A DNA stretch of 63,716 bases, counting the filler. It is 15 parts of 15 records of this genome, joined end to end, with 100 filler letters (N's around TTAATTAATTAA, not from the genome) between each part and the next. Parts side by side here need not be neighbours in the genome. Positions count along the whole stretch, not along the records: positions 1 to 3,209 come from SRR7504441_60096; positions 3,310 to 7,711 come from SRR7504441_60116; positions 7,812 to 11,503 come from SRR7504441_60129; 12 more parts are not named here. One strand, given 5' to 3'. Positions 1-10,233 of the stretch are shown piece after piece (position 1 is the first letter of the stretch; each line of letters opens with the position of its first letter). A program made the translations under genes and the position numbers. Below the pieces are notes generated by a model. It made no database searches, had not been told where the DNA came from, and saw only the letters and a program-made list of their open reading frames with translations.

Positions 1-966
1 ACCTGGAGCGGGTGGGAGAGCTGGGAGTGCCTGTCGCACACGGGTGTTGATCCGGCCAGAGGGGCCACCAACGACATCGCATTGGCCGAACTCGGCTTAT
101 TCGATTGTGTGTTCAGCGGGCACGCACACTTCACCCCGCGGAGGATGCAGATGCTAACGGCCAACGGAGGGGCGACTCTCGTGCACCCGGGGGTGCACAA
201 CGGGCAGGCGGTGGTCTGGGCGCGGTTTCAGATGGAGCGGTCTGCAGCCGGCGCAGTGTGCACTGGTAGGGAGGGTGGGGCGGATCTGATCGACGAGCGA
301 TACCCGGAGGATCCCGAGATGGCCAGCTGGCTCCAGGGTTACGCAGAGCAGTTCGAGGCGATTCTGGACACAGAAGTGGGCACCTGCGTTGGCTTCCGCA
401 AGTACAATTCCAAAACCGCGCCGCCGATCAATTACGGCTACCACTCCTCGTTGGCCAATGCGCTGCGGTCTTCGTTTGCTGAGCACGGGGCGCAATTCTC
501 CGCGATAAACAGCGCGGGGGTGCGGGCAGAGATGCCGGCGGGGCCAATCCAGTACCGGCACGTGGAGGCGTGCTGGCCATGGAAGAACAACGTGCACCAG
601 TGCTCTTGCACGGGTCAGCTCGTAATGGATCTGTTGCAGGCCAACGCACTCCAGATTGCCAGGCTGCAGGACGACGGGATGTTCCTGCACTTCTCGGGGC
701 TCGAGTACCAGGTGCGCGACGGCCAGCCAGTTGACGTACGGGTCGGGGGAGCGCCGATCCAGCTGGCTGACTGGTATGGGTTTGTGGCCGATGGGTATCT
801 TGTGACCTCAGCGTTGCTAGACTACCCGGCCGCGGCGGCGGGGCTGCGCGATGTGCGGGATTGTGGGATTACCACACAGGACTGCATACTGAACCACATT
901 AAGGCTTTGCATGCTCAAAACCGCACGCTCGGAAGTGATGCGAACAAACGATTGAAGTCGAAATAA
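1..966 (+). CDS. 5'-nucleotidase/UshA-like metallophosphoesterase, 5'-partial
   Basis: Frame open from base 1. Contains LSHTG and FSGHAH metallophosphatase motifs, then a C-terminal domain INSAGVRAEMPAGPI..WPWKN and LHFSGLEY typical of 5'-nucleotidases. Confidence 0.85.
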   Translation, partial: TWSGWESWECLSHTGVDPARGATNDIALAELGLFDCVFSGHAHFTPRRMQMLTANGGATLVHPGVHNGQAVVWARFQMERSAAGAVCTGREGGADLIDERYPEDPEMASWLQGYAEQFEAILDTEVGTCVGFRKYNSKTAPPINYGYHSSLANALRSSFAEHGAQFSAINSAGVRAEMPAGPIQYRHVEACWPWKNNVHQCSCTGQLVMDLLQANALQIARLQDDGMFLHFSGLEYQVRDGQPVDVRVGGAPIQLADWYGFVADGYLVTSALLDYPAAAAGLRDVRDCGITTQDCILNHIKALHAQNRTLGSDANKRLKSK

Positions 967-1098
967 TTTAATATACCGCGCCTGAGGCCCTAAGCCAGGC
1001 GCATAAGAACTTCTTTCTAAATGCATAAAACGCGATCTGCACACGGTCGTTGACTACAGCTAGTCGCGTCTACAGTCGTTCGACTAGTCGTTCGGTGA

Positions 1099-2763
1099 CT
1101 AAGGTAGAGCCAGTACGGTCGCCACGAGCTTCTTGTAGTTTGGTGTGCCGACGCCGGTCACCGCGTCCCAGCCGGCGGCGGCAGGCCACCCCCCGCTGGC
1201 GTCGCAGCCCTCGCTCGAACCTTGAGTGATGTCATTCCACTGCTCCGCCTCCTTGTAGATTAGAGGATTCAAGAAACCGAGCGTGCTCTTCCCAGCGAGC
1301 AGCCGAGCATCATTGAGCAGTGCGATCACGCCGGCGGCGGTGGGCGAAGCGCACGAGGTGCCGGCCACTCCGGGTTCCGGGATCCTGTTGGAAACCACAG
1401 TGAACCCTTGCGCTTGAGCCGAGATGTCCGGGTACGCTCGACCACTCGTGTTGTAGCCGCGCGAGGCCTTCGGAAGGCCCTTGGCTGTGGTCAGGTACTT
1501 GTGCACGGCCGCAGTCTGGTAGTCCGGCATCGGCCACCGGCTGGAGAAGCCTCCAGAGCTCAGCCCGATCCCGAACTCACTCGAGCTGCCTCCGGTGCCC
1601 CCAACAGCGGTGACCCACGGCGAGGACCCCGGCGTCTCGGAAACAAACTTGTCGTCCTTGCAGTTGGCTCCTTCGTCGCCGGCGGCACAGAGGAGCGATA
1701 TCCCGCGGGCGCCGGCCTTTTGGAACTCGACGTTCATCCTGGTGGCGGCCGGCAGCGACCAGGAGGCTTCATCCTCGCCGTAGCTCGTGGAAAACACCTT
1801 GGGCACCTCCGCGTCGGAGGTGTTGCTCAACATGGCGAGCCAGGTGAGAAACGGCTCGTTCTGGCTGCCCTGGGCGTGGCCTTTGTACCCCCAGAACTCG
1901 GCGGTGATGTTGCCAGCGATTCCAGTGATGGTCTCAATATCGAGCATGGCTTCCACTCCACTGAGTAGCCCGGTGGTCGCGTCGCCCTTGAGCCCCGGGT
2001 CGCCCTTGCCGCAGTGGATCCCACCGCAGAACAGCCCCCAAAACTCGTGCAAGTCAGCCTTGCTGTAATGCTGCCCAATAAAGGCCGTGACAGCCATCCT
2101 GTTGGACTCTGCCGAGCCCTCCACCTCGCCCACGCTGTAGAGCTCGCGGAGGTGCTTGGGCGAGTTCCCGAGCAGCGGCTCCACCAGCCGCTCGGCCGGC
2201 CGCCTGGCCGGCGGGAGGTGCACGGTGGGCGCCACTAAGTCCAGCATCTCGCCCACCGCCGGGGGCACCGAGTAGCTGGCCACCCTGTGAACGGCGGTCC
2301 CGGTGGGCGCGTGCTCGTACAAATGGTACTCGGCCTCAAGCAGCCGCTCGGCCTGCGCCACCGTCGCTCGCACCCGCAGCCAATCGCCGTTGGGGGTCAG
2401 CGGCTCCGGGCTCAGTCCGTGCGTCTCCAGCCAGCCGGTGATCGCCTGCAGGTGGGCCGGGGCCGGGGCGAGCAAGTCTTGAACCTGCTGGTTGGTCATG
2501 TGCTTGCCGTACGATCGGCTCTCCGGGTCGGAGCTGGCCAACAGCCGGCGCTCGAGCTCAGGCCGGTTGCGCTGCCGGACCGCCAGGAGGAGCTCGATCG
2601 GCTGGCCGGCCGGGGAGCGAGCGGACCGGGACCAGCCGTCCGGCAGCTCGGGCCGGGCCGCCTCGAGGGCCACCCGGTCGGCGGTCGTTAGGGCCACCCG
2701 GTCGGCGGCAACGACCGCCATCAGCGTGAGGAGCACCAACAAGGATGATGAGCGCATGGCCAT
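1099..2763 (-). CDS. Sedolisin/tripeptidyl-peptidase I-like S53 serine protease, secreted, intronless
   Basis: Signal peptide; prodomain SDPESRSYGKHMT; catalytic EAMLD, GDEG and GTSCASP; C-terminal Ca-site GWDAVTGVGTP. Confidence 0.95.
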   Translation of the reverse strand: MAMRSSSLLVLLTLMAVVAADRVALTTADRVALEAARPELPDGWSRSARSPAGQPIELLLAVRQRNRPELERRLLASSDPESRSYGKHMTNQQVQDLLAPAPAHLQAITGWLETHGLSPEPLTPNGDWLRVRATVAQAERLLEAEYHLYEHAPTGTAVHRVASYSVPPAVGEMLDLVAPTVHLPPARRPAERLVEPLLGNSPKHLRELYSVGEVEGSAESNRMAVTAFIGQHYSKADLHEFWGLFCGGIHCGKGDPGLKGDATTGLLSGVEAMLDIETITGIAGNITAEFWGYKGHAQGSQNEPFLTWLAMLSNTSDAEVPKVFSTSYGEDEASWSLPAATRMNVEFQKAGARGISLLCAAGDEGANCKDDKFVSETPGSSPWVTAVGGTGGSSSEFGIGLSSGGFSSRWPMPDYQTAAVHKYLTTAKGLPKASRGYNTSGRAYPDISAQAQGFTVVSNRIPEPGVAGTSCASPTAAGVIALLNDARLLAGKSTLGFLNPLIYKEAEQWNDITQGSSEGCDASGGWPAAAGWDAVTGVGTPNYKKLVATVLALP

Positions 2764-3209
2764 TGTTGTTGTTGTTCAAGAGGTCGGCAGCCAAGTTTTT
2801 TTAGGCCCATGTGCCGTCGCAGCCGCGTGAGCAGCGCAACCTCGACGGAGGCCTTGTCCAGGCACCGGAGGCTGCAGCTGAGGAGCCCGTGGAGCGCATC
2901 GGCCATCTGGTGGTCCGCCTCGCTTACTAGGTCCATCTGCTCTTTTGTTCCCTTAAAAGGTTTGATTCTAGTTTGTGTCTGACGAAAACAGTGTGCAACC
3001 ACCTGCTTGTTGGAGGTCACAGCCCGCCCAGCCATTTTGCCCTGACTACTTGCATGCCCCGTGGTGATGCTGAGATTTGAGAACTCACCAGGTTTGGGGA
3101 CAGGGTTGCAGCATCCGAGGCACACTGCCACACTTTGGCAGTCGAAGACTGTTGCCAGTTGGATGCAAGCCTTAGCCGTCTATTTTCACCCTATTTCAAC
3201 ACGGTAGAT

Positions 3210-3309
3210 NNNNNNNNNNNNNNNNNNNNNNNNNNNNNNNNNNNNNNNNNNNNTTAATTAATTAANNNNNNNNNNNNNNNNNNNNNNNNNNNNNNNNNNN
3301 NNNNNNNNN
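3210..3309. other. Artificial contig-joining spacer (first of 14)
   Basis: N44-TTAATTAATTAA-N44 puts stops in all six frames. Identical spacers at 7712-7811, 11504-11603, 16997-17096, 20480-20579, 25846-25945, 30316-30415, 34448-34547, 38550-38649, 42294-42393, 46186-46285, 50983-51082, 54653-54752 and 58331-58430. Confidence 0.98.
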
Positions 3310-4743
3310 CGACTGTCGCTGGTGCTCGAGAATGCTATTCCGTTACTGGTCTCGGTAGCGTGCACTGGATTCCTAACCAACGGTATCCCGCCCGGCCTCT
3401 CTGCCGCGTCTGCCCCTTGAGATCCCTGGCCGGACCGAGTGTCGGGGTCAGGCACGCTGGTGCCGGCGGTCAGCTGGTTTGCGGTGCAGAGCCTCGGGTA
3501 CAAGCTCAGGTAGCAGCTGCCGTTGGCGTCCGTTACGCTAGGCTCAGGTTCATCCCGGCGATGGTTTTGGTCTATTTGCTCACCAAATCGAGCAAGTTTC
3601 TCACAAACCTGGCCAACATGGGCGCCACGCACGACGCCGCCGCCGCGCTCAAGGCCGGACACAGCAGTTCTGTAATTAGAAACTCAGTTAAGTTTTCCGA
3701 GCTTCACAGCCTCAGCGCTGAATGTGGGAGTCTCGTGCTTCTGCCTTGGGGCGGCTCCGCTGTGGTATCCGACTGTGTATACGTACAAGATTTTCTTGAT
3801 TATCACAGACCGGTGTATTCAATTCTACAAGAGCAACAACGTTCTGTTCCTGCTAGACCTGTGCTATGTAATTGATATCGCAATGCTCGTATATATCTGG
3901 TATGCTAGCCTCTGCAGTGCATATCTAGCTCAGTGTGCAGGTACTGCCCCCGGGACCACCAAGTGTTTGAGTGTCTCTTCCTGATGGTCAACGGGCCACT
4001 CGCCTTTGCAGCCGTCATTCTCAACAACGGGATGGTGCTCCACTCCAAGGAGAAAATGGCCTCATGCTTCGTCCACCTCTCGCCTGCAATGCTCTCCTTC
4101 GCGCTCCGCTGGCACGCCACCAAGGCCAGCAGATTTGCGGTTTGTGACTGGCAGCACCCTCTGGGCTGCGACTCTTTCGAACCGTTTGTGGCGTGGCAAC
4201 GGGCGATTGCGCGGTTTTATGGGCCGTGGGTGGTGATTTATTACGTCGTTGTGATGGTGGTCCTGTCCCAACTCCTGCCCTCTTACAACAACCTGGTGAG
4301 ATCCATCTAATCGACCGATTGATTGTTACGTGTGTGCACAGTATGAGTATACAGTGGCTCAACCTGGGAACCAGGCACTGCCTCGACTGGCAGTAAGTTG
4401 ATTGATAACCCTGCAGATGCTCTCCAAGATACACCGGAACACGCTCGTCAACAAACTGGCCTGTTACCTTCCAAATAAGGAAATAACAGTTAACATCAGG
4501 TGTACTGCCTCGGGCACTTTATCATGGGCTCTCTAGTGCTCGGGATCGCTACCCTCCTCTGGGGCTCCTACGAGGCCCACCTGTGCTTCCTGCTCATCCT
4601 CTGCGCCCAGGCAATTGGCATCTTAATTGACACGTTAGTACCAAAATGAGCCGCTGTGTGTAAAGGTGGCGTGGAATGGGAGCGTTGTGTACTTTTACGA
4701 GTTTGCCCCGCGTTACGAGGAGGATCTGCGGCTCCGACTCGGG
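3310..4743 (+). other. GPC1/DUF2838-like glycerophosphocholine acyltransferase domain
   Basis: Spliced peptide has FLLDLCY, NGPLAFAAVILNNGMVLHSKEKMASCFVHLSP, LWGSYEAH and WNG, which match my recollection of the GPC1 family; several hydrophobic segments. Confidence 0.8.
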
Positions 4744-7538
4744 GTCCCGCCTTCTAACTAGCAACCGGCCCTCAGACTTGTCAACAGGTCGGGCTCAAAG
4801 CAGCCAACGAGTCGCTTGAGCCTGACCCGGCGGTGGTTCGGATGATCAAATCAAAGCTGGTGTCATACCCCATAGCAGGCCGCCGACTCAATACAGGTGG
4901 CGCTCCTGCAAAGCCAGCAACTCGACTCGCCCGAAATGATCGACGACCAAGCGCGGATCGAAACTGAGCTCGGTGCCTGGCTTGCTTGAATCGCAGCGGA
5001 ATGACGGTTGGCGCAGGGCTTGACTCGATTAAAGTCAAAATGCTCACCTCGTGGCTTGACACCCAATACGGTGCGTTACTTTCCTCATAAGGAAATCACC
5101 GTCACACAGGTGCCACCCAGCTCGAGCCTCAGGACTGGGCCACCCCAATCGCCGCTGCCCTGGCAGTCGAGCGCACCCGCCGCAGCCCGGCCAGCACAGC
5201 GATGCAAGCGCCGGCCAAGTGGTGTAGTGAGACTTCGCGGCCTCCTGCGGAGCTCTCACGAACACCGATCGACTGGCACAGCTCTCACACGCCGGCCAAC
5301 TGCCCGTCGGTTCCGATGGCCTTCCTGGAGACGGCAGCACGGATGGGCGGGGCTGTGTGCATGGCGGACGACACTGCAGGTGCGCTGACTTACGAGCGAG
5401 CGGCTGTGGCTGCGGTGCTGCTAGCAGACTATCTTGCGGAGAACGAGCATCTATGCCCTGAGAGCGGTCGGATTGGAGTCATGCTGCCTGCAGGTGTTGC
5501 TAGAAGCGGTTGAGATGCTAATGTTTGATGCAGCGGCGGGTGCAACGCTGATGATGCACGGATGCATGCTGGCCAAGAAGACCCCGGTCAACTGCCCGGA
5601 GGAGATTAATTGATTGCGAGCAGGTGATGATTAACTGGACGGTTGGGGCAACGAACATGCGCCATGTGATCAAGAACTCGGGCGTGACGACCATCTTGTC
5701 GTCCGAGGCCTTCTGGCAGCAAGTTGTGGAGAAAGACGACGTCAAGGTGATCAAGGAGATCGTCGAGCCAATGCTGGTGCGCATTCCCTAATTAGACAGT
5801 TCTACGTCCGGTATATTCCCTAATTAGGAAGGTGTTGACAGCTATTCTTTGAGCGGATCAAGGACTCGTTCTTCCTTCTCGACTCTCTCCAGGTGTTGGT
5901 CAGGTTCAAGCTGAATCCGATCTTCAGCTTCCCTCGATACGCTGCCCATCGGTTTGGTCTGGCGGCTGTCCGGCCCGAGGACGACGCTGTCGTGCTCTAC
6001 ACATCAGGTTCGACCGCGGCCCCCAAGGGAGTTCCACTGACGCACGCCAACATCGTGGCGAATGTCGACGGCGTGATGCAGCTGGCTGGGCTCAAAAGCT
6101 CTGACACGCTCTTTGCATGCCTCCCACCGTTCCACTCCTTTGGGTTCACAGTTACCTCAATGCTTCCGACCATCACTGGTGTGCGGGTGCCTGCGATGCG
6201 CCTGGTGTGCTCCTGATTGATGGATTTAGGTGTGCTACTTCCCGGACCCTCTCGCGTATCCTGCAATCGTGCGCTCGATCGTCAAAATGAAGCCGACAAT
6301 CTATCTGGGCACGCCCACATTCCTCAAAGGAGTACTTGAAGCCTCAAGAGGGTCGCCCGAGAGCACCAAGGCTGGGCACTCAGATGCGCTCCGGTCGCTC
6401 CGGCTGTGCGTTACGGGCGCTGAAAAGCTTCCCGAGGCGGTGCGCAACGAGTTCACCCGGCGGCACAACAACGATGGCGTGGTTGAGGGCTACGGAATTA
6501 CTGAGTGCGGGCCGGTGGTCACTGCGGGTGTGCCCGGGGCGATTGCAGTCGGAGTCGGGATTGCGATGCCCAACAACACCAGGTGCAACTAATCGCATAC
6601 ACTAGTAATACTCGTAGTATTACTTTGTGCAATAGTGGTTGATGATTTACACCAGGCTCAAAATTGTGGACATCGACCAGCTCACCCGCTACTCTGTGAT
6701 CCAAGAGTGCCCCGAGGGCCAGCAGGGTGTGATTCTTGTCAACGGGCCCGGAGTCTTCCCCGGATACCTGCACAACCCCGAGGCCACCGCCAGCGCATTC
6801 GTTTGCGACGACAGCGGCGACCGATGGTGATGCGCGTAGCTGGCTGTTCGAGGTTGAGGTAGGTATGACACGGGCGATCTCGGATACCTAACCTCGCAGC
6901 ACACCGACGTCACGGAGCTCAACCCGACCGGGTGACACATTGTGACACGTTGTTTGTGACATTAGTGTGACAGAATGTCGCTCAAGCTCACCGGCCGGCT
7001 CAAGCGCTTTGTCAAGATAGCCGGAGAGATGATTTCGCTCCCCGCAATTGAGGACTCGCTCCGGAAGAAATGGGTTCACGACCCCGGTAATTTGTGGCTC
7101 AGATCAGGCCTAGCCCTCAAATCTGTGGCTGAGAGCGCTCGGTGCAGAGGCCAAGACCGGGCTGCTGGTGGAGGCGCTTGAAACCGACACCGGCGCGTTC
7201 ATTGCCGTGTTTTGCACCTCTGAGATCAATACTGTCGAACCTGAGAGTCCGGAGCCGGTGCTGAGAGCTCGCCCGTCCGCTGAACAGATCGCGCAGTATC
7301 TGCGATCCGAGGGCTTTTCTGCGCTGCAGGTGGCTTGTGGCTGTTATGGCCTGGGATCTATGGCTGAGAGTGCCCGGTGCAGTGCCCGCGAAGAGTGATT
7401 GGGGTAGCGGCGATTCCGGTGCTCAGGACAGCTATTCACTGATTCTAAAAGAGGTGACAGGTGCTCGGGACCGGAAAATTTGACTACAAGCCGCTCAAGA
7501 AGAAGCTGGTCGCGATGCACGAGCAAGGCGAGCTCTAG
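3310..7538 (+). CDS. Predicted multi-exon fusion: GPC1-like membrane acyltransferase + acyl-carrier domain + Aas-type acyl-ACP synthetase; 5'-partial
   Basis: Four GT-AG introns (4744-4787, 4860-4896, 4973-5016, 5071-5109) keep one frame from WNGSVVYFYEFAPRYEEDL through ETELGLDSIKVKMLTSWLD into the ORF starting at 5202. Stop TAG at 7536-7538. Confidence 0.75.
4897..5170 (+). other. Acyl-carrier (phosphopantetheine-attachment) domain split over three exons
   Basis: VALLQSQQLDSPEMIDDQARIETELGLDSIKVKMLTSWLDTQYGATQLEPQDWATP; the Ser of LGLDS is the codon at 5025-5027. Confidence 0.75.
5202..7538 (+). other. AMP-binding adenylation domain resembling the bacterial Aas acyl-ACP synthetase C-terminal module
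   Basis: YTSGSTAAPKGV, LPPFHSFG, GTPTFL, GAEKL, EGYGITECGP, WYDTGDLG, GRLKRFVKIAGEMISL and GTGKFDY. Confidence 0.9.
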
Positions 7539-7540
7539 GG

Positions 7541-7603
7541 CTCCAAGCGTCCAAGCTCCAACCAAGCTCTAGCCAAGCTCTAGCCAAGCTCTATCTAGCC
7601 AAG
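7541..7603. repeat. Short tandem repeat in 3' flank
   Basis: Several ccaagc / ccaagctctag units immediately after the stop codon. Confidence 0.8.
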
Positions 7604-7811
7604 CAATTAGCTCTATTAATTGCGTCACCAACATGCGTGTTCGTGGTACCCCTGTGAGAGATGAAGTCGTGTATTGATTTCATAATCATCTGAGTAGAAA
7701 ACCCTTCATCANNNNNNNNNNNNNNNNNNNNNNNNNNNNNNNNNNNNNNNNNNNNTTAATTAATTAANNNNNNNNNNNNNNNNNNNNNNNNNNNNNNNNN
7801 NNNNNNNNNNN

Positions 7812-8225
7812 CGGGCAGCCGTTCTCGTCCGGCTCGCCGTTGCAGCCGGATGGCGGCTCGCATACCGGTTTGCGGCAGCAGGTGGAAATCCCGCAGGGGT
7901 ACTTGGGGCAGCCCTTCTCGTTCTTCTCAAAGTTGGGTGTGCGCGCGCACTTGACCGGTCCGCATACCGGTTCGGGGCAGCAGGCGGAAATCCCGCTGGG
8001 TGCAGTGTCAAACCAGTACCACCCCTCACCCCTGGGGCATTCGACCTTACTGACGCACTTGCCGCGGCGGTGTTCTTCCCGAAGGCCCGCTTCAGCTACG
8101 GTGCACAACTTGCGGCCCGAGCTACGGTGCAAGCACTCCTCGTTTGTCGAGCACTCGAGCTCTTGGGCTGAAACATGGGCCCCCGCGGCGAGCACCCAAA
8201 GCGCCAGCAAGCGCAAACGCGCCAT
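7812..8225 (-). CDS. Secreted cysteine-rich repeat protein, 3'-partial
   Basis: Signal peptide MARLRLLALWVLAAGAHVSA; repeating units GISxCCxxPVC...E[KN]GCP, loosely antistasin-like. Confidence 0.7.
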
Positions 8226-8545
8226 TGAAAAAAGCTTGAAGAAAGTCGCAACGTGCTTAATTAATTATTATTATTTTCATGATTTGCGTTCGGGCTGATC
8301 AATGCTTGGCGTTTGATGGTGCTCGTACTTGTACAAACTGATCGTCAGTCTACTTCCTCAAATGATGCAAAGTCCCACGCCATTGAAGAAAGTCGCAACG
8401 CGAAACAACATTATTTTTAATTTGCATTTATTTTATTTTCTCATTTTCCTTGCATGCCTTGCTTGTTTCGGGCTGATGCAAGTACACCTAGCCATTTAAA
8501 TGATGCTCGTACATGTACAAAACTCTTTTCATGATGCAAAGTCCC
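8220..8545. repeat. Diverged tandem duplication (two ~160-bp units) of the upstream region
   Basis: Units start at 8220 and 8378 and share cgccattgaa, gaagaaagtcgcaacg, ttcgggctgat, tgctcgtacNtgtacaaa and atgatgcaaagtccc in the same order. Confidence 0.8.
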
Positions 8546-8597
8546 GTCATCAACGCAAGCACCGCCTGCGAAATCATCTCCTCACCAGTTGAAGCGA

Positions 8598-10028
8598 TCA
8601 ATACGCCAGCGCCCAGCTCTCGGCGGAGCACGTGACCCCGGCGGCCGCGCTGAAGACGGTTGAGGTGCGCTGATCCGCGCTGCCATCAGCTTCGGTCGGC
8701 GCAATCAGTGGTGTGATGACCTTGCCCCCGAGGAACGCCTCAATCACCCCGCCATCCACAAACACTGTGAGAGCCATGCTGGCGCCCAACTGGCTGCTCG
8801 GCAGCGGAGCTCTCTGCACGATAGAGTTCGCACTGGCTGAGCAACAGAGCGAGTGATCAACGTAGAAAGCGCCCGCAGCAAAATCGTACCCGATTTCCGT
8901 GAACTGTTTCTGGTCCGGGCTGGCCAGCGTCCTGAGCCCGGCCTTGCCACTGGTCGGCCACTGGCTGGCGGTGCAGTTCACACGGACTTCAACCTGTGAC
9001 CCACCGGCCAGCGATCCGCCTGCAGATGTGCTGGCCGCCAGCATAGTCGAGTTGCGGAGCACCGCCGTCTCGGGAATCGGTTCTGTCATGAGCTGGCTGC
9101 CCGACACGGAGAGCTCCCGCGGGATGATCAGCGCCCGCCCGCAGCCGGCCGGCATGGTTGGCTCCGACCAGCCCGTGAATCCAAACACCAGACGGCGGGT
9201 GCTTCCACTCTGGATCCACTCAGTTCCTGTCTTGGCTGCGTACCCGTTGCCGTAGTCGAGGATACCCACTTGCTCTGGGGTGAAGCGGGGCGGGTCGCCG
9301 CTGAGGGTGCCCACCCACCACTGGTTGGTCTTGTATAGCGAGCCGATTAGGATCCATTTGTCACCGAGGGGGAAGAGATCGGGGCACTCCATCATGTTGG
9401 CCGACGTATTTTGGGGCTGCCAGACGATGTTCCGGTCCACTTGGCCATACGTGACGTTGGTGGTGTACAGCGAGCCCCGGTCAGTGAAATTGGCCAGCGT
9501 GTCGTCGGCAGCTTCGAACAAGCAGAACTGAGCCCCAACTTCCTTGGAGCCGCAGCCCACCCCGACCCACCACTTGTTGTTGAACTCGAACGCACGCACC
9601 GGGTCCCGGTACCCGGCGTTGATCCGGGCCGGCATCGGGATGGTCGGTCCCCGGTGTTGCCACCGCGTCAACCCGGCGTCCTCCACGGCCGCCGACCCGA
9701 TCGCGCCCTTGCCGGGCCCGCCCATGATTGGCCAGAAGGCGTAGACTCCCGAGGCTGTCGGGCTGACCGAGCCAGTGTCCCCGCCGAAGCCGGTCGATTT
9801 GGTGAAGTCGCCAGCCCAGTGGATAAGGTCCGTTGAGGTCCAGTGGCTCCAGCCGCCCGCGTCTTCCCAGGTGTGCCAGGTGCCGGTCTTGTCGTGAATC
9901 GGCCCCGAAGGGTCGTACACCCCGGGCGAGCGGATCGGGTGATATTTGGGGCAGAAGCTTGAGCTGTCCGCGTGCGCGGCTACGGCCAGCGCAAGGGCGG
10001 CCACGGCGGTCGTCATCAGTGCAGACAT
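8598..10028 (-). CDS. Glycoside hydrolase family 32 (beta-fructofuranosidase/levanase-like), secreted, intronless
   Basis: YDPSG (variant of NDPNG), YRDP and MECPD catalytic motifs; C-terminal VFVDGGVIEAF; signal peptide from the ATG at 10028. Confidence 0.93.
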   Translation of the reverse strand: MSALMTTAVAALALAVAAHADSSSFCPKYHPIRSPGVYDPSGPIHDKTGTWHTWEDAGGWSHWTSTDLIHWAGDFTKSTGFGGDTGSVSPTASGVYAFWPIMGGPGKGAIGSAAVEDAGLTRWQHRGPTIPMPARINAGYRDPVRAFEFNNKWWVGVGCGSKEVGAQFCLFEAADDTLANFTDRGSLYTTNVTYGQVDRNIVWQPQNTSANMMECPDLFPLGDKWILIGSLYKTNQWWVGTLSGDPPRFTPEQVGILDYGNGYAAKTGTEWIQSGSTRRLVFGFTGWSEPTMPAGCGRALIIPRELSVSGSQLMTEPIPETAVLRNSTMLAASTSAGGSLAGGSQVEVRVNCTASQWPTSGKAGLRTLASPDQKQFTEIGYDFAAGAFYVDHSLCCSASANSIVQRAPLPSSQLGASMALTVFVDGGVIEAFLGGKVITPLIAPTEADGSADQRTSTVFSAAAGVTCSAESWALAY

Positions 10029-10233
10029 GGCGAAGAGGTCCAGTGCATAACGGCAACAGTACAAATTGTGAGGCGACGCTTGCGTGGTGTATCGCTTCGT
10101 TGCTTGGCTAATATTACTTGGCTAAGCAAAGCTGGTCAGCTCGCAATACAACATGGCTCTAAAATCTTCCCACGATTTTATTAATGCTCGCGCTTACATG
10201 ATCGAGCGATCTTAGTTACGTAATCTTAACGTA

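Noticed and set aside
2809-3209. Possible gene divergent from the sedolisin
   Set aside because: Splice-like signals exist, but I could not build a consistent frame or recognise a product.
7541-7603. Possible CRISPR-like array
   Set aside because: Units are 7-11 nt without unique spacers; eukaryotic 3' flank; no cas genes.
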